Of a stretch of 64,000 bases of DNA, positions 20,972-31,008 are shown piece after piece. How positions within the stretch are numbered: position 1 is the stretch's first letter; each line of letters starts with the position of its first letter. The position numbers and the translations under genes were made by a program. The DNA lies in NCBI GenBank assembly GCA_963702205.1, contig OY969724.1:2816001-2880000 (forward strand), written 5' to 3'. Source of the stretch: an uncultured candidate division Zixibacteria bacterium. GTDB lineage: Bacteria > Zixibacteria > MSB-5A5 > GN15 > PGXB01. The notes under the pieces were generated by a model. That model did not search any database. It had not been told where the DNA came from and worked only from the letters and a program-made list of their open reading frames with translations.

Positions 20972-21898
20972 TTAGTATCCGATTTCTTTAAGTACGCCTT
21001 TGTACTTTTTCGCCGAAGACTGGAGATCTGACATTTCTTTTTTCGTCAGGCCCAGCTCGATGATTTTCTCCACGCCGTTGGCACCGAGCACGATCGGTAC
21101 GCCGATGTAAATGTCGTTTATGCCATACTGCCCATCGAGATAGGCCGAACAAGGCATGACACGTTTTTCATCACACAAGATCGAACGCGCCATTTCGACC
21201 GTTCCCGCCGCCGGAGCGTAATAGGCCGATCCGGTCTTGAGAAGCTTGACGATCTCGCCGCCGCCCATGCGGGTCCGCTCGGCGATTTCATTGATGCGTT
21301 TGGTGTCGATCAATTCCTTGACCGGAATGCCGGCCACCGTGGTGTAGCGCGGCAGCGGAACCATAGTGTCACCGTGGCCACCGAGGACCATGGCGTCGAT
21401 GTCTTTCATTGCGACGCCGAGTTCCATGGCCACGAAGGCACGGAAACGGGTCGAATCGAGAGCACCGGCCTGACCGCACACGCGATTTTTCGGAAAGCCG
21501 GTAACTTTCCACATGTGGTAGGTCATGATATCCAGCGGGTTTGACACGACGATCACGAACGACTTGGGAGCGTACTTCTTGATGTTCGTCGCGGCCGTGC
21601 CGACGATCTTGGCGTTCATGGCCAGAAGATCTTCGCGGGACATGCCCGGCTTACGGGCCAATCCGGCAGTCATGATTACCAGGTCGGCTCCTTTAATATC
21701 CTTATAATCGTTGCTGCCGGTAATCATGGCGTTGTAGCCGCGAATCGGTCCGGCTTCGGTCAAATCGAGCGCTTTGCCCTGCGGCATGCCTTCAATGATA
21801 TCAATCATAACAACGTCGCCGAGATTTTCTTCCGCCATATACTGGGCAACGCTGGCGCCGACGTTTCCGGCACCGATGACTGCGATCTTTTTATTCAT
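20972..21898 (-). CDS. mdh: Malate dehydrogenase (LDH-like tetrameric type)
   Basis: GAGNVG, ARKPGMSREDLL, VSNPLD, LDSTRF and GGHGD motifs. Confidence 0.95.
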   Translation of the reverse strand: MNKKIAVIGAGNVGASVAQYMAEENLGDVVMIDIIEGMPQGKALDLTEAGPIRGYNAMITGSNDYKDIKGADLVIMTAGLARKPGMSREDLLAMNAKIVGTAATNIKKYAPKSFVIVVSNPLDIMTYHMWKVTGFPKNRVCGQAGALDSTRFRAFVAMELGVAMKDIDAMVLGGHGDTMVPLPRYTTVAGIPVKELIDTKRINEIAERTRMGGGEIVKLLKTGSAYYAPAAGTVEMARSILCDEKRVMPCSAYLDGQYGINDIYIGVPIVLGANGVEKIIELGLTKKEMSDLQSSAKKYKGVLKEIGY

Positions 21899-21924
21899 CC
21901 TTCCTCCGTTTGTTTAAGACTTAA

Positions 21925-23148
21925 TTACTCCTGAGCGTTTATCAATACGGTATGGCTGGCATCGCGCACCAGCCCGATTGTAGCTTGTTCATTGCCGTGA
22001 AAATAACTGTCGAGTAAGCCCTGCGGCGAGCGCACCGGGTTAAAAAACACTTTTTCGGGAATCTCGTCCGGCAGTTCCGAAAACAGGCAGACATTGATTC
22101 TCTTGCCGATGTCATACACACGGACCAGCTTATGCGATCCGAAGGCCTCTTCTCCCTCAAGGTGCATTCCGGGTTTCCACTTGTCGGCCAGTTTATAGAA
22201 TTTGGTTGAACCTATTCCTTCATGGCACGACGAAAATAACAGAATAGTGCCGCCGTCGGCAACCGCCCGCTGACAGTTTTCCAGAGATTTTTGAAGTTGA
22301 TACAAATTGCTGTCGAGCGGCGGCATAATTTCGGCCAGCAGCAGATCATACTTTTGCCTGACCGTTATACCATACACGGACTCGGCGGTTTTTATCGCCG
22401 CCCGGAAGGCATCGGTCAGAGAGCCGACAAAGACACGCATTTTGTCCGAATCGACTTTTGAAACGACCTGGATGCCGAAAATTTTATCGCCTTGCACCCG
22501 AGCCATGAGTTCTTCGAGATGTTCCTCGATGGGGTTGCCCTTAAGTTTCATGGGCATGGCATCGAGGCTGACGGCCCGGTTATGATTACGTACTATCGTA
22601 TCGTAGTCACAAACGCCCGGAAAAATCGACTTCCGTCCGCCCGTAAAACCGGCAAAGAAATGTGGTTCGACCGAGCCGATGACGACTATCCGCGCGGCTT
22701 CCGCCGCGATCCGGTTGAGCATAATCGGGCTGTCATCATAATCACGGCCGATTTCGATCATACTGGCCTTATTTTTGCAATCGTGGATTAATATTCTATC
22801 GCGAATGCCATTGAGATGATTCCCGAATATTCGTCCGAGCTGTTCCTCCGACGGTGCCGCATGGGTTCCGGTGGCTACGATAAATCTGGCGTTGTCGTTA
22901 AGCCGACCGTTTTGAGACAACCAGTCGAGAATCAGGCTGGTCGGAGTGGGCCGATAGGCGTCGTTGACTATGAACAGGTCGGCGTCTTTGACCCCAAACA
23001 AACCCGTCTCGGTTTTCGCGATGTCTTCGATAAAACTTCCGGCCGTCGTACTATCGTCGATTTCCCTCCCCCGGTACTCATCGCATCGGGCCGTGTCCGG
23101 GATATTAAGCGGGAATTCGACGTTCCTATAACGGATTCGTATTTCCAT
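21925..23148 (-). CDS. LarA (nickel-pincer lactate racemase) family alpha-hydroxy acid racemase/epimerase
   Basis: DAYRPTP, ATGTH, HD, EPHFFAGFTGGRKSIFPG and NLYQLQK motifs. Confidence 0.8.
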   Translation of the reverse strand: MEIRIRYRNVEFPLNIPDTARCDEYRGREIDDSTTAGSFIEDIAKTETGLFGVKDADLFIVNDAYRPTPTSLILDWLSQNGRLNDNARFIVATGTHAAPSEEQLGRIFGNHLNGIRDRILIHDCKNKASMIEIGRDYDDSPIMLNRIAAEAARIVVIGSVEPHFFAGFTGGRKSIFPGVCDYDTIVRNHNRAVSLDAMPMKLKGNPIEEHLEELMARVQGDKIFGIQVVSKVDSDKMRVFVGSLTDAFRAAIKTAESVYGITVRQKYDLLLAEIMPPLDSNLYQLQKSLENCQRAVADGGTILLFSSCHEGIGSTKFYKLADKWKPGMHLEGEEAFGSHKLVRVYDIGKRINVCLFSELPDEIPEKVFFNPVRSPQGLLDSYFHGNEQATIGLVRDASHTVLINAQE

Positions 23149-23149
23149 T

Positions 23150-23554
23150 TTACCCGAAGAAGAAGCCGACTTCACGAGCGGCGTTTTCGGGAGAATCGGA
23201 GGCGTGGACCGAATTCTCCTGGATGTTCAGCGCCATTTCCTGACGAATGGTCCCGCAGTCGGCTTTGGCCGGATCGGTCGCGCCGATAAACGTCCGCAGA
23301 TCGGCGACGGCGTTTTCTTTTTCCAGGGCCATGGCTACGACCGGGCTGGACGTCATAAAATCCACGAGGTCATCATAAAACGGCTTGCTTTTGTGCACGG
23401 CGTAAAATTCCCGCGCTTTTTCTTTGGCCAGCCGCTCCAGCCTCATATCGACGACGCTGAATCCGGCTCTTTCCAGCCGCCAGATAATATAGCCGGTAAG
23501 CCCGCGCTTGAAAGCGTCGGGCTTAACGATCAATAAAGTTTTTTCCGTCGCCAT
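23150..23554 (-). CDS. ndk: Nucleoside diphosphate kinase
   Basis: IVKPDA, GTIR and NSVHASDS motifs. Confidence 0.96.
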   Translation of the reverse strand: MATEKTLLIVKPDAFKRGLTGYIIWRLERAGFSVVDMRLERLAKEKAREFYAVHKSKPFYDDLVDFMTSSPVVAMALEKENAVADLRTFIGATDPAKADCGTIRQEMALNIQENSVHASDSPENAAREVGFFFG

Positions 23555-24159
23555 TACCGTTTGTCTTTCAGAAGTTTCCTGGCGGCGTTCATGCCGATTT
23601 CCAGGGCTTTCTTATTCTTCTCTTCAGTTCCACGTGGTGCCCTTGCCAGCACGGCATTGCGAACCGCGTCTTTGGTGACTATTCCGGTGATTTCACAGAT
23701 GGCCCCGAGAGAGACGACGTTGGCCACCATGACGATACCGATTTCTTCGCGTGCCAGTTGCATGAACGGAAGACCGTAATAGTTCTTGGTCGGGACCTGT
23801 GTAACCATGGAGGAATCGACAATCAGGATGCCGCCTTCTTTGAGATCGGGATAGTACTTATCACAAGCTTCCTGCGTCAGCGCCAGGAGCAGGTCGAGCT
23901 TCATCGTCTTCGGGTAATAAATTTCGCCCTCGGAAACGACCAGGTCGGCGCGGCTGGCGCCGCCTCTTGCTTCCGGACCGTACGACTGCGACTGAACCAC
24001 GTTTTTATGGTCACCTATGCCCAAAGCTTCGGCCAGAATAACACCCGCGAGGATCAATCCCTGGCCGCCGGAACCGGACAAACGAATCTCAAAACGATCT
24101 TCGGGTTTTTCGTCGCCGTTCTTTTTGCCGTGAGGTTTTGACGCTGCTTTCGTAGCCAT
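23554..24159 (-). CDS. korC: 2-oxoglutarate:ferredoxin oxidoreductase gamma subunit
   Basis: GSGGQG and SYGPEARGG motifs. Confidence 0.88.
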   Translation of the reverse strand: MATKAASKPHGKKNGDEKPEDRFEIRLSGSGGQGLILAGVILAEALGIGDHKNVVQSQSYGPEARGGASRADLVVSEGEIYYPKTMKLDLLLALTQEACDKYYPDLKEGGILIVDSSMVTQVPTKNYYGLPFMQLAREEIGIVMVANVVSLGAICEITGIVTKDAVRNAVLARAPRGTEEKNKKALEIGMNAARKLLKDKR

Positions 24160-25004
24160 TATTCACTCCCCTTTCCGGAAAGCCGCTTGACCAAAGCTTC
24201 GTACTCGTCACAGAATTCGGTCGCGTCGGTTTCGTGAATAAGTCCGGTTATGAATTTCCCTTGTCTCTTTTCCGGAGGAATCTTGTCGACCGCCTGAATC
24301 GGAAGAGCATTTTTCTTAAACCATTGGATCATCTCAACGGCGTCTCCTTCACGGTTAAACCGTCCGAAGTACGTATGACAGTTGGAATACGTATCGATCA
24401 CGGCAAAGCCTTTCTTTTGCAGACCTCCCGCGATGAGCTTTTCCAACTGATCCACGTGGTACACCGTGCCGCGAGCAACGTATGATGCACCGGCACCGAT
24501 AGCCAGCTTAACGACGTCGAATTGTTTCTCGTAATTTCCGTGCGGAGCGGTGGTGGCGATCGCACCGCCCGGAGTCGTGGGTGCGAACTGTCCGCCGGTC
24601 ATGCCATAAATCTTATTGTTAATCAAAATAGTCGTGATGTCGATGTTTCTCCGGCAGGCGTGAATGAAGTGATTGCCGCCGATCGCCAGGGCGTCGCCGT
24701 CACCGGTAATTACGATCACCTTCATTTTGGGCCTGGCAATTTTAACACCGGTCGCGAACGCCAGCGCCCGCCCGTGGGTCGTGTGCAGCGTAGCGAAATC
24801 GAGATATACCGGCATACGGCTGGAGCAGCCGATACCGGAAACCACGGCCACCTCGTCTTTATCGAAGCCGACCGAATCGATGGCCCGGATCAATGCTCCC
24901 ATGACGATGCCGTTGCCACACCCGGCACACCAGACGTTCGGAAATTTTTTCTTGGCCCGAAGGTAGTGGTGGGTTACATCGGATTTAATTTCAGTGTTGA
25001 TCAT
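24159..25004 (-). CDS. korB: 2-oxoglutarate:ferredoxin oxidoreductase beta subunit
   Basis: WCAGCG, SGIGCS, HGRA, GDGD and YGMTGGQ TPP-binding motifs. Confidence 0.9.
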   Translation of the reverse strand: MINTEIKSDVTHHYLRAKKKFPNVWCAGCGNGIVMGALIRAIDSVGFDKDEVAVVSGIGCSSRMPVYLDFATLHTTHGRALAFATGVKIARPKMKVIVITGDGDALAIGGNHFIHACRRNIDITTILINNKIYGMTGGQFAPTTPGGAIATTAPHGNYEKQFDVVKLAIGAGASYVARGTVYHVDQLEKLIAGGLQKKGFAVIDTYSNCHTYFGRFNREGDAVEMIQWFKKNALPIQAVDKIPPEKRQGKFITGLIHETDATEFCDEYEALVKRLSGKGSE

Positions 25005-26143
25005 CAAAGCACCTCCCTTATTTTTTGGAGTATCTGGAGAGGCGTCATTACTTCACCGTCGTAACGACCCAGATGGAAAACCTCGGTGCCTTTCGGCGCC
25101 ACGCGCCGAATCTCGTTGTACAATTGGCCCATGTTCAGTTCGGCTACGATCACTTTCTTGACATGCCCAAGCATGCTTTTGATTTTGGTCTCATCGAGGG
25201 GCCAGATAGTAAATGGCTGAATGGCGCCGACTTTGATCCGGCGCTCGCGAGCCATTTTCACGGCCTGGTATGAAGCGCGAGCCACAGTGCCATAAGAAAA
25301 TACGGCGACATGAGCGTCGTCCAGCATTTCTGTCCGAAAACTGGATATCTCTTCGATATAATTGTCAATTTTGCCGTGCAGCTTGTCGAGCTTGGCTTTA
25401 ATCTCGGACGAAACCGCCGTAGGAAAACCATCGGGGTCGTGAGTCAAACCGGACACATTGTAACGATAACCTTCACCGAACGATGCCATCGGACTGACCA
25501 GACTGGGGGTGATATCGAAGTGACGGTACCATTCAGGAGGGACATCCGGCTTCTGGCGGTTAAACACTTTAACTTCGCCTTTTTCCGGTATGGTCATAAT
25601 TTCGCGCATGTGACCGAGCACTTCATCGGAAAGCACCGTCACCGGTGTACGAAATCTCTCCGCCAGATTGAAAGCACGAACTGTCTCGCTGAAACATTCG
25701 CGGGCACTGGAAGGTGCTACGGCAATGGCCTTATAGTCACCGTGCGTACCCCAGCGGGCCTGCATCGTATCGGCCTGGGCAATCTTGGTCGGAAGACCGG
25801 TCGAAGGACCGCCGCGCTGGACATTTATGATGACACAGGGGGTCTCGGTCATGAAAGCGTAGCCGATGTTTTCCTGCATCAGGGAATAACCGGGACCGGA
25901 CGTCGCCGTCAATGATTTGCAACCGGCGTTGGAAGCGCCTACGACCGCGGCGATGGACCCGATTTCATCTTCCATTTGTATGAATTTGCCGTCGATATAG
26001 GGTAATTCGCGCGCCATACCTTCGGCTATTTCGGTCGAAGGCGTGATCGGGTACCCGGCAAAAAACTGTACCCCGGCGTACAACGCGCCGTACACGCACG
26101 CTTCATTACCCTGAAGCAGTTTGGTTTTTCCGTATTCTAACAT
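25004..26143 (-). CDS. korA: 2-oxoglutarate:ferredoxin oxidoreductase alpha subunit
   Basis: GNEA, GYPITPSTE, QMEDE, TSGPG and QRGGPSTGLPT motifs. Confidence 0.9.
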   Translation of the reverse strand: MLEYGKTKLLQGNEACVYGALYAGVQFFAGYPITPSTEIAEGMARELPYIDGKFIQMEDEIGSIAAVVGASNAGCKSLTATSGPGYSLMQENIGYAFMTETPCVIINVQRGGPSTGLPTKIAQADTMQARWGTHGDYKAIAVAPSSARECFSETVRAFNLAERFRTPVTVLSDEVLGHMREIMTIPEKGEVKVFNRQKPDVPPEWYRHFDITPSLVSPMASFGEGYRYNVSGLTHDPDGFPTAVSSEIKAKLDKLHGKIDNYIEEISSFRTEMLDDAHVAVFSYGTVARASYQAVKMARERRIKVGAIQPFTIWPLDETKIKSMLGHVKKVIVAELNMGQLYNEIRRVAPKGTEVFHLGRYDGEVMTPLQILQKIREVL

Positions 26144-26156
26144 TCCTGCTCCTCCA

Positions 26157-26423
26157 TCACTTGTAATTGGAGGTTATGGCAAAATCCGGGCAATGCAGCC
26201 AGCAGATCGCGCACTGTGTACATTTCTCGGGGTGGGCCAGAACCGGTTTTCCATCGCGGTCCGGTTCCAATACCTTGTTGGGGCAGTAGGCGATGCATAT
26301 ATTGCATCCCTTGCACCAGTGCAAAAATATGTTCAGCGGAGGCGGATCACCCGGTCCGTACACATATTTCGGCTCTTTCGCTTTGACTTCCGGGAGTTTC
26401 TGTCCCGGTTCAGCTTCGCTCAT
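26157..26423 (-). CDS. korD: 2-oxoglutarate:ferredoxin oxidoreductase delta subunit (2x[4Fe-4S])
   Basis: CKGCNICIAYCP and CTQCAICWLHCPDFAI; GGAGGAG RBS before MSEA. Confidence 0.88.
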   Translation of the reverse strand: MSEAEPGQKLPEVKAKEPKYVYGPGDPPPLNIFLHWCKGCNICIAYCPNKVLEPDRDGKPVLAHPEKCTQCAICWLHCPDFAITSNYK

Positions 26424-26464
26424 CAGTAATACTCCTCCGGTACTATCGAGCACCTCTATCAAGA

Positions 26465-27496
26465 TTACTTGGACTTCTTCTTTGCTGTTTTGCCCGGTTT
26501 GGCTGCCTTTTTCGGTTTGGCGGCAACCATCTTTGCTTTGGGTTTCGCTTTGGCCTTCGCGTTGGGCTTGGCCCTTTTGGCCGCGGCCCTGGTTTTCGAT
26601 CCGGCTTTAGTCGCTTTCTTTTTCTTTGCATCTAAAGCCGCTTTGATCAAAGTCGGGAGTTCCGTCGGAGACGCCGCCACCGGTATTCCTACGGCATTCA
26701 GAGCTTTTACTTTTTCCGCCGCGGTACCCGAACCGCCGGAAATGATTGCACCGGCATGGCCCATCCGCTTTCCGGGAGGCGCCGAACGACCGGCGATAAA
26801 TCCAACCACCGGCTTGGTCATATGTTTTTTGACGAATTTGGCGGCTTCTTCTTCATCGGAACCACCGATTTCGCCGATCATGACGACCGCTTTGGTCGAG
26901 CTGTCGGCCTCGAACATTTCGAGCGTGTCGATGAAGTTCGTCCCGATAATCTGGTCACCACCGATCCCGATACAGGTCGTCTGACCCAGACCGGCACTGG
27001 TCAGCGCCCAGATCGCTTCATAAGTCAGCGTGCCGGAGCGGGACACGACACCGATCGGCCCGTTCTTGACGATCGTTCCGGGCATGATGCCGACTTTCGA
27101 TTTTCCGGGGCTGATCAAACCGGGGCAATTGGGGCCGATCAACCTTACACCCTTTTGCTTCAGGTAATGATAGACCGGCATCATATCGTTGGCGGGAACA
27201 CCCTCGGTAATGCAGACGATCAATTTGATACCGGCGTCGGCCGCTTCGTAAATGGCGTCGATAGCAAAAGGCGGCGGCACATAAATTACCGATGTGTTGG
27301 CTTTGGTCGCCGCGACCGCTTCCGCCATCGAATTAAAAATCGGTATGCCGTTGATTTTCTGGCCGCCTTTACCCGGCGTCACGCCGCCGACTACTTGAGT
27401 GCCGTATTTCTTCATCTGTTCGGCATGAAAGGAACCATCACGGCCGGTGATTCCCTGCACGATCACTTTCGTCCGTTTGTCAATTATGATGCTCAT
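26465..27496 (-). CDS. sucD: Succinyl-CoA ligase alpha subunit with Lys/Ala-rich C-terminal extension
   Basis: [22 protein letters not shown] and RMGHAGAI motifs. Confidence 0.96.
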   Translation of the reverse strand: MSIIIDKRTKVIVQGITGRDGSFHAEQMKKYGTQVVGGVTPGKGGQKINGIPIFNSMAEAVAATKANTSVIYVPPPFAIDAIYEAADAGIKLIVCITEGVPANDMMPVYHYLKQKGVRLIGPNCPGLISPGKSKVGIMPGTIVKNGPIGVVSRSGTLTYEAIWALTSAGLGQTTCIGIGGDQIIGTNFIDTLEMFEADSSTKAVVMIGEIGGSDEEEAAKFVKKHMTKPVVGFIAGRSAPPGKRMGHAGAIISGGSGTAAEKVKALNAVGIPVAASPTELPTLIKAALDAKKKKATKAGSKTRAAAKRAKPNAKAKAKPKAKMVAAKPKKAAKPGKTAKKKSK

Positions 27497-28653
27497 ACGG
27501 CCCCTCCCACGGGTTGATATTCGGCCTCGGATAATTCTATGGCCTTCTTGACGATCTGGTCGAGCGTCTCGCCCGATTCCAGGTTCACCTTCTTGAGAAT
27601 CTTCAGAGCTTCTTTCTCATTCGTTCCGGTCAAGCGGACCACAATCGGGATCTCGGGTTTTAATTCTTCATAAGCCATAACAATTCCGTTGGCGACGTCG
27701 TCGCACCGCGTGATACCGCCGAATATGTTAATCAGAATCGCGCGGACGTTCGAGTCGCTTAAAATAATACGCATGGCCGTCAGGACTTTCTGAGGGTTGG
27801 ACGAGCCGCCAATATCGAGAAAGTTGGCCGGATCGCCGCCATAGTACTTGACCAGGTCCATGGTTGCCATGGCCAGCCCGGCGCCGTTGACGATGCATCC
27901 GATAGTGCCACTCAGTTTGACAAAACTCAGATCGCCTTCGCGGGCCGCAACTTCAGACGGCTCTTCGGCATCGAGATCGCGCATGGCTTCGATCTCTTTG
28001 TGACGATACAGACCATTGTCGTCGATGTTCAACTTGGCGTCGATAGCCAGCACTTTGCCGTCGGGCGTGGTGATCAGCGGGTTGATTTCCACCAGCGAGG
28101 CATTGACCGCCCAGAAGACTTCGTATAGCTTCATAATTATGTCAGCCGCCTGGCGAATGAGGCCGATGTCACGGTACAATTTCGACGCCAGTTCCCGGGC
28201 CTGATAAGCCTTCAGACCAAGAATAGGATCGACCGCCAGCTTGTGTATTTTTTCCGGAGTCCTGGCGGCGACTTCTTCGATATCTATCCCGCCGGCCGCC
28301 GAAACCATGATAACCGGGGCCTTCGAGGCGCGGTCTATGATGATACCAACATACGCCTCGGTGACAATATCGACGGCCTCGGTAATAAGGATCTTGTTGA
28401 CTTTGAGGCCTTTGATGTCCATGCCCAGAATCTTCTGAGCCCAAACGCGGGCGGCTTCGACGTTCTCTGCAAACTGAACGCCGCCGGCTTTTCCTCGGCC
28501 CCCAACGTGCACTTGTGATTTAACCATAACCGGGCGGCCGTACTTCTCGGCGATCGCTACGGCGTCGGCAACATTTTCGGCCACTTCACCCAGCGGAACC
28601 GGGATACCGTGCGCCGCAAAGATTTCTTTGGCCTGATACTCATGAATCTTCAT
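27493..28653 (-). CDS. sucC: Succinyl-CoA ligase beta subunit
   Basis: [29 protein letters not shown] and [10 protein letters not shown] motifs. Confidence 0.96.
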   Translation of the reverse strand: MKIHEYQAKEIFAAHGIPVPLGEVAENVADAVAIAEKYGRPVMVKSQVHVGGRGKAGGVQFAENVEAARVWAQKILGMDIKGLKVNKILITEAVDIVTEAYVGIIIDRASKAPVIMVSAAGGIDIEEVAARTPEKIHKLAVDPILGLKAYQARELASKLYRDIGLIRQAADIIMKLYEVFWAVNASLVEINPLITTPDGKVLAIDAKLNIDDNGLYRHKEIEAMRDLDAEEPSEVAAREGDLSFVKLSGTIGCIVNGAGLAMATMDLVKYYGGDPANFLDIGGSSNPQKVLTAMRIILSDSNVRAILINIFGGITRCDDVANGIVMAYEELKPEIPIVVRLTGTNEKEALKILKKVNLESGETLDQIVKKAIELSEAEYQPVGGAV

Positions 28654-28672
28654 TCGCTATCTCCGAATATAT

Positions 28673-30046
28673 TTAACTTAAACCTTTATTCTTCCTGTTG
28701 GCCAGGTACGACCCGGCAAATTCATATAATTTCGCTTCAGTATTGTCACTCGGTTCATCCAGGACTTTTTCTATCAGGTAATCCAATATTTCCCCTATCA
28801 CCGGTGACTCCGGCAGCGAGAATTTATTCATCAAATCGTTGCCGTCGATCGCCAGGTCTTTTACACTGAACGGAGGCTTGCGGTCGAGTTCTTCGTGGAT
28901 TTGTCTTTCGAATTCATCCACGTCGTCGGTTTTTCCGCCCATCCCCTGCGCTTCGACGTCGGCCCGGCGTAAATCGAGCAGGTCGAAAATCAGCTCGGTA
29001 CCGACCCTGCGAACAAGCCGGCGAAGGCCCTTATCGGTTACGTCCGTCGTGAACATATGACGCTCGACTAGAATCACGACGTTTTTTATTATCTCCGTGG
29101 AATAACGCAGGCGTTTTAAAACCGCTTTGGCTACTTCCGCCCCGGTACTTTCATGGCCGTAAAAAGTCGCCCCGGTTTCTGTCAGTCGTTTGGCTCGGGG
29201 CTTGGTGATGTCATGAAACAGCGCGGCCAGACGAATAGTCAAATCCTGCGGAGAAGCATCAATCGTACGTATCGTATGTTCGAAAACATCGTACGCATGA
29301 TACCCGCCCGGTTGATCGACACCGACCGTAAGCGCCAACTCCGGCAGAATCTGTTCCAAAAGCCCGGTCTCGTTCATCAGGCGAAATCCGATCGACGGTC
29401 TGGCCGCCAGAGTCAACATCTTGTTCAGCTCATCGGAAATTCGCTCAATCGAAACGGTATTTATCAAAGCACTGTTGGTCGATATGGCCTTGTACGTCTT
29501 TTCTTCGATTCCGAATTCAAAACGGGCCGCAAACTGTATCGCCCGCAACATGCGGAGAGGGTCCTCGAAAAACGCCTTCTCCGATACCATGCGGATTTTT
29601 TTGTTTTCCAGATCCGTCTTGCCGCCCAGCGGATCGATCAGGGCCGAATCGTCCAGTGCAAGAGCCATGGCATTGATCGTAAAGTCGCGGCGGGTCAGGT
29701 CGTCTTCGATACTGATCTCGGGATCGAAATTAACCTCGAAATCCCGGTGACCGACACCGGTCGAATACTCACGGCGCGGCAGGGCAATATCAAAAGTGTA
29801 CTTCTTGTCCAGATTTCTGAATTGAGTGAATTTGATAACCCCGAAAGACCGCCCCACCAGATCAACCCGCCCGTGCTCTTTGAGAATTTCCGACAGGTCC
29901 TGATATGGCACTCCGCAAACCAGGTAATCCCGATCCTCCGGGTTTATTGTCCGGTTAAGGAGGCTGTCGCGAACAGCCCCACCGACCTCGTATATCCGGC
30001 CTTTTTCAAGTATGGCCGCAACGACACTATCAGATATGCGACACAT
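28673..30046 (-). CDS. cca: tRNA nucleotidyltransferase (CCA-adding type, HD domain)
   Basis: VGGAVRD..DRD, EDDLTRRDFTINAMA, EDPLRMLRA, ERI and HD (LFHDITK) motifs. Confidence 0.85.
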   Translation of the reverse strand: MCRISDSVVAAILEKGRIYEVGGAVRDSLLNRTINPEDRDYLVCGVPYQDLSEILKEHGRVDLVGRSFGVIKFTQFRNLDKKYTFDIALPRREYSTGVGHRDFEVNFDPEISIEDDLTRRDFTINAMALALDDSALIDPLGGKTDLENKKIRMVSEKAFFEDPLRMLRAIQFAARFEFGIEEKTYKAISTNSALINTVSIERISDELNKMLTLAARPSIGFRLMNETGLLEQILPELALTVGVDQPGGYHAYDVFEHTIRTIDASPQDLTIRLAALFHDITKPRAKRLTETGATFYGHESTGAEVAKAVLKRLRYSTEIIKNVVILVERHMFTTDVTDKGLRRLVRRVGTELIFDLLDLRRADVEAQGMGGKTDDVDEFERQIHEELDRKPPFSVKDLAIDGNDLMNKFSLPESPVIGEILDYLIEKVLDEPSDNTEAKLYEFAGSYLANRKNKGLS

Positions 30047-30048
30047 AA

Positions 30049-31005
30049 TCAATCGCGCACAATCCTCGTTCCTACACCGCCCCGCAATGCCTGTCCGGCA
30101 TTTTCAATGGAAGTAATAATTACTTCCCGTCCTCCACCTTCTATGAACTGAATGGCAGCTTCGATTTTGGGCCCCATCGACCCCGGCGGGAAGTGCTTCT
30201 TTGATAAGTACTCCTTCGCTTCCGAAACCGTCATTTTATCCAAATACTGTTGGTTCTTCTCTCCGAAATTAATCGCGACCTTATCGACCGACGTCAAAAT
30301 CAATAGGAACTCTGAGTTTATTTCGTGGGCCAGCACCGCCGAGGCGAAGTCCTTGTCGACGACGGCGTCGACGCCCTCATAGTTGCCGTTTCCGTCGATA
30401 TAAACCGGTATTCCGCCGCCGCCCACTGCGATTACGATGATCCCCTTGTCGATCAAATGCTTGATCGTCTCGGCTTCCACGACTGCGCGCGGACGCGGCG
30501 AGGCCACCACCCGACGCCAGCCGCGATCGGAATCTTTCTTCATGATCCAATCGCGTTCTTTTTCGTACCTGTGGGCAATTTCTTCTGAGTAAAACTGCCC
30601 GATGTACTTGGTCGGGTTCTTGATCTGGGGATCATCGAAGTCAACCAGCACTTGAGAAATGATCGTCACCACCGGGCGGTCGATATTTTCCTTGCGTAGA
30701 CGATTCTGGAGCGATTGCTCGATCATGTACCCCATCCCGCCTTCGGTGTCCGCCACACAAATTCCCAACGGCAAAATAGGCGCCTGTCCCCGGGCCAGTT
30801 CTACTCTCAGGATGGCATTGCCCACCTGCGGGCCATTCCCGTGAGAGATCACCAGCTTGTAGCCGTCCCGGGCGAGATCCACGATGCCGTCCAGCGATTG
30901 CCGCGTATTGGCGAACTGATTGGCGATCGTGTCTTCTTTTTCCGGGCGGGTAATGGCGTTGCCGCCGAGGGCGATTACCGCCGCCTTGCCGTTAAGTTTT
31001 ACCAT
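30049..31005 (-). CDS. arcC: Carbamate kinase
   Basis: ALGGNA, HGNGPQVG, WRRVVASP, AVVDKD and GSMGPK motifs. Confidence 0.95.
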   Translation of the reverse strand: MVKLNGKAAVIALGGNAITRPEKEDTIANQFANTRQSLDGIVDLARDGYKLVISHGNGPQVGNAILRVELARGQAPILPLGICVADTEGGMGYMIEQSLQNRLRKENIDRPVVTIISQVLVDFDDPQIKNPTKYIGQFYSEEIAHRYEKERDWIMKKDSDRGWRRVVASPRPRAVVEAETIKHLIDKGIIVIAVGGGGIPVYIDGNGNYEGVDAVVDKDFASAVLAHEINSEFLLILTSVDKVAINFGEKNQQYLDKMTVSEAKEYLSKKHFPPGSMGPKIEAAIQFIEGGGREVIITSIENAGQALRGGVGTRIVRD

Positions 31006-31008
31006 ATT

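Noticed and set aside
28673..30046. Poly(A) polymerase I
   Set aside because: LVGRSFGVIKF does not fit the PAP G(R/K)(R/K)F signature, and the HD domain fits tRNA nucleotidyltransferases.
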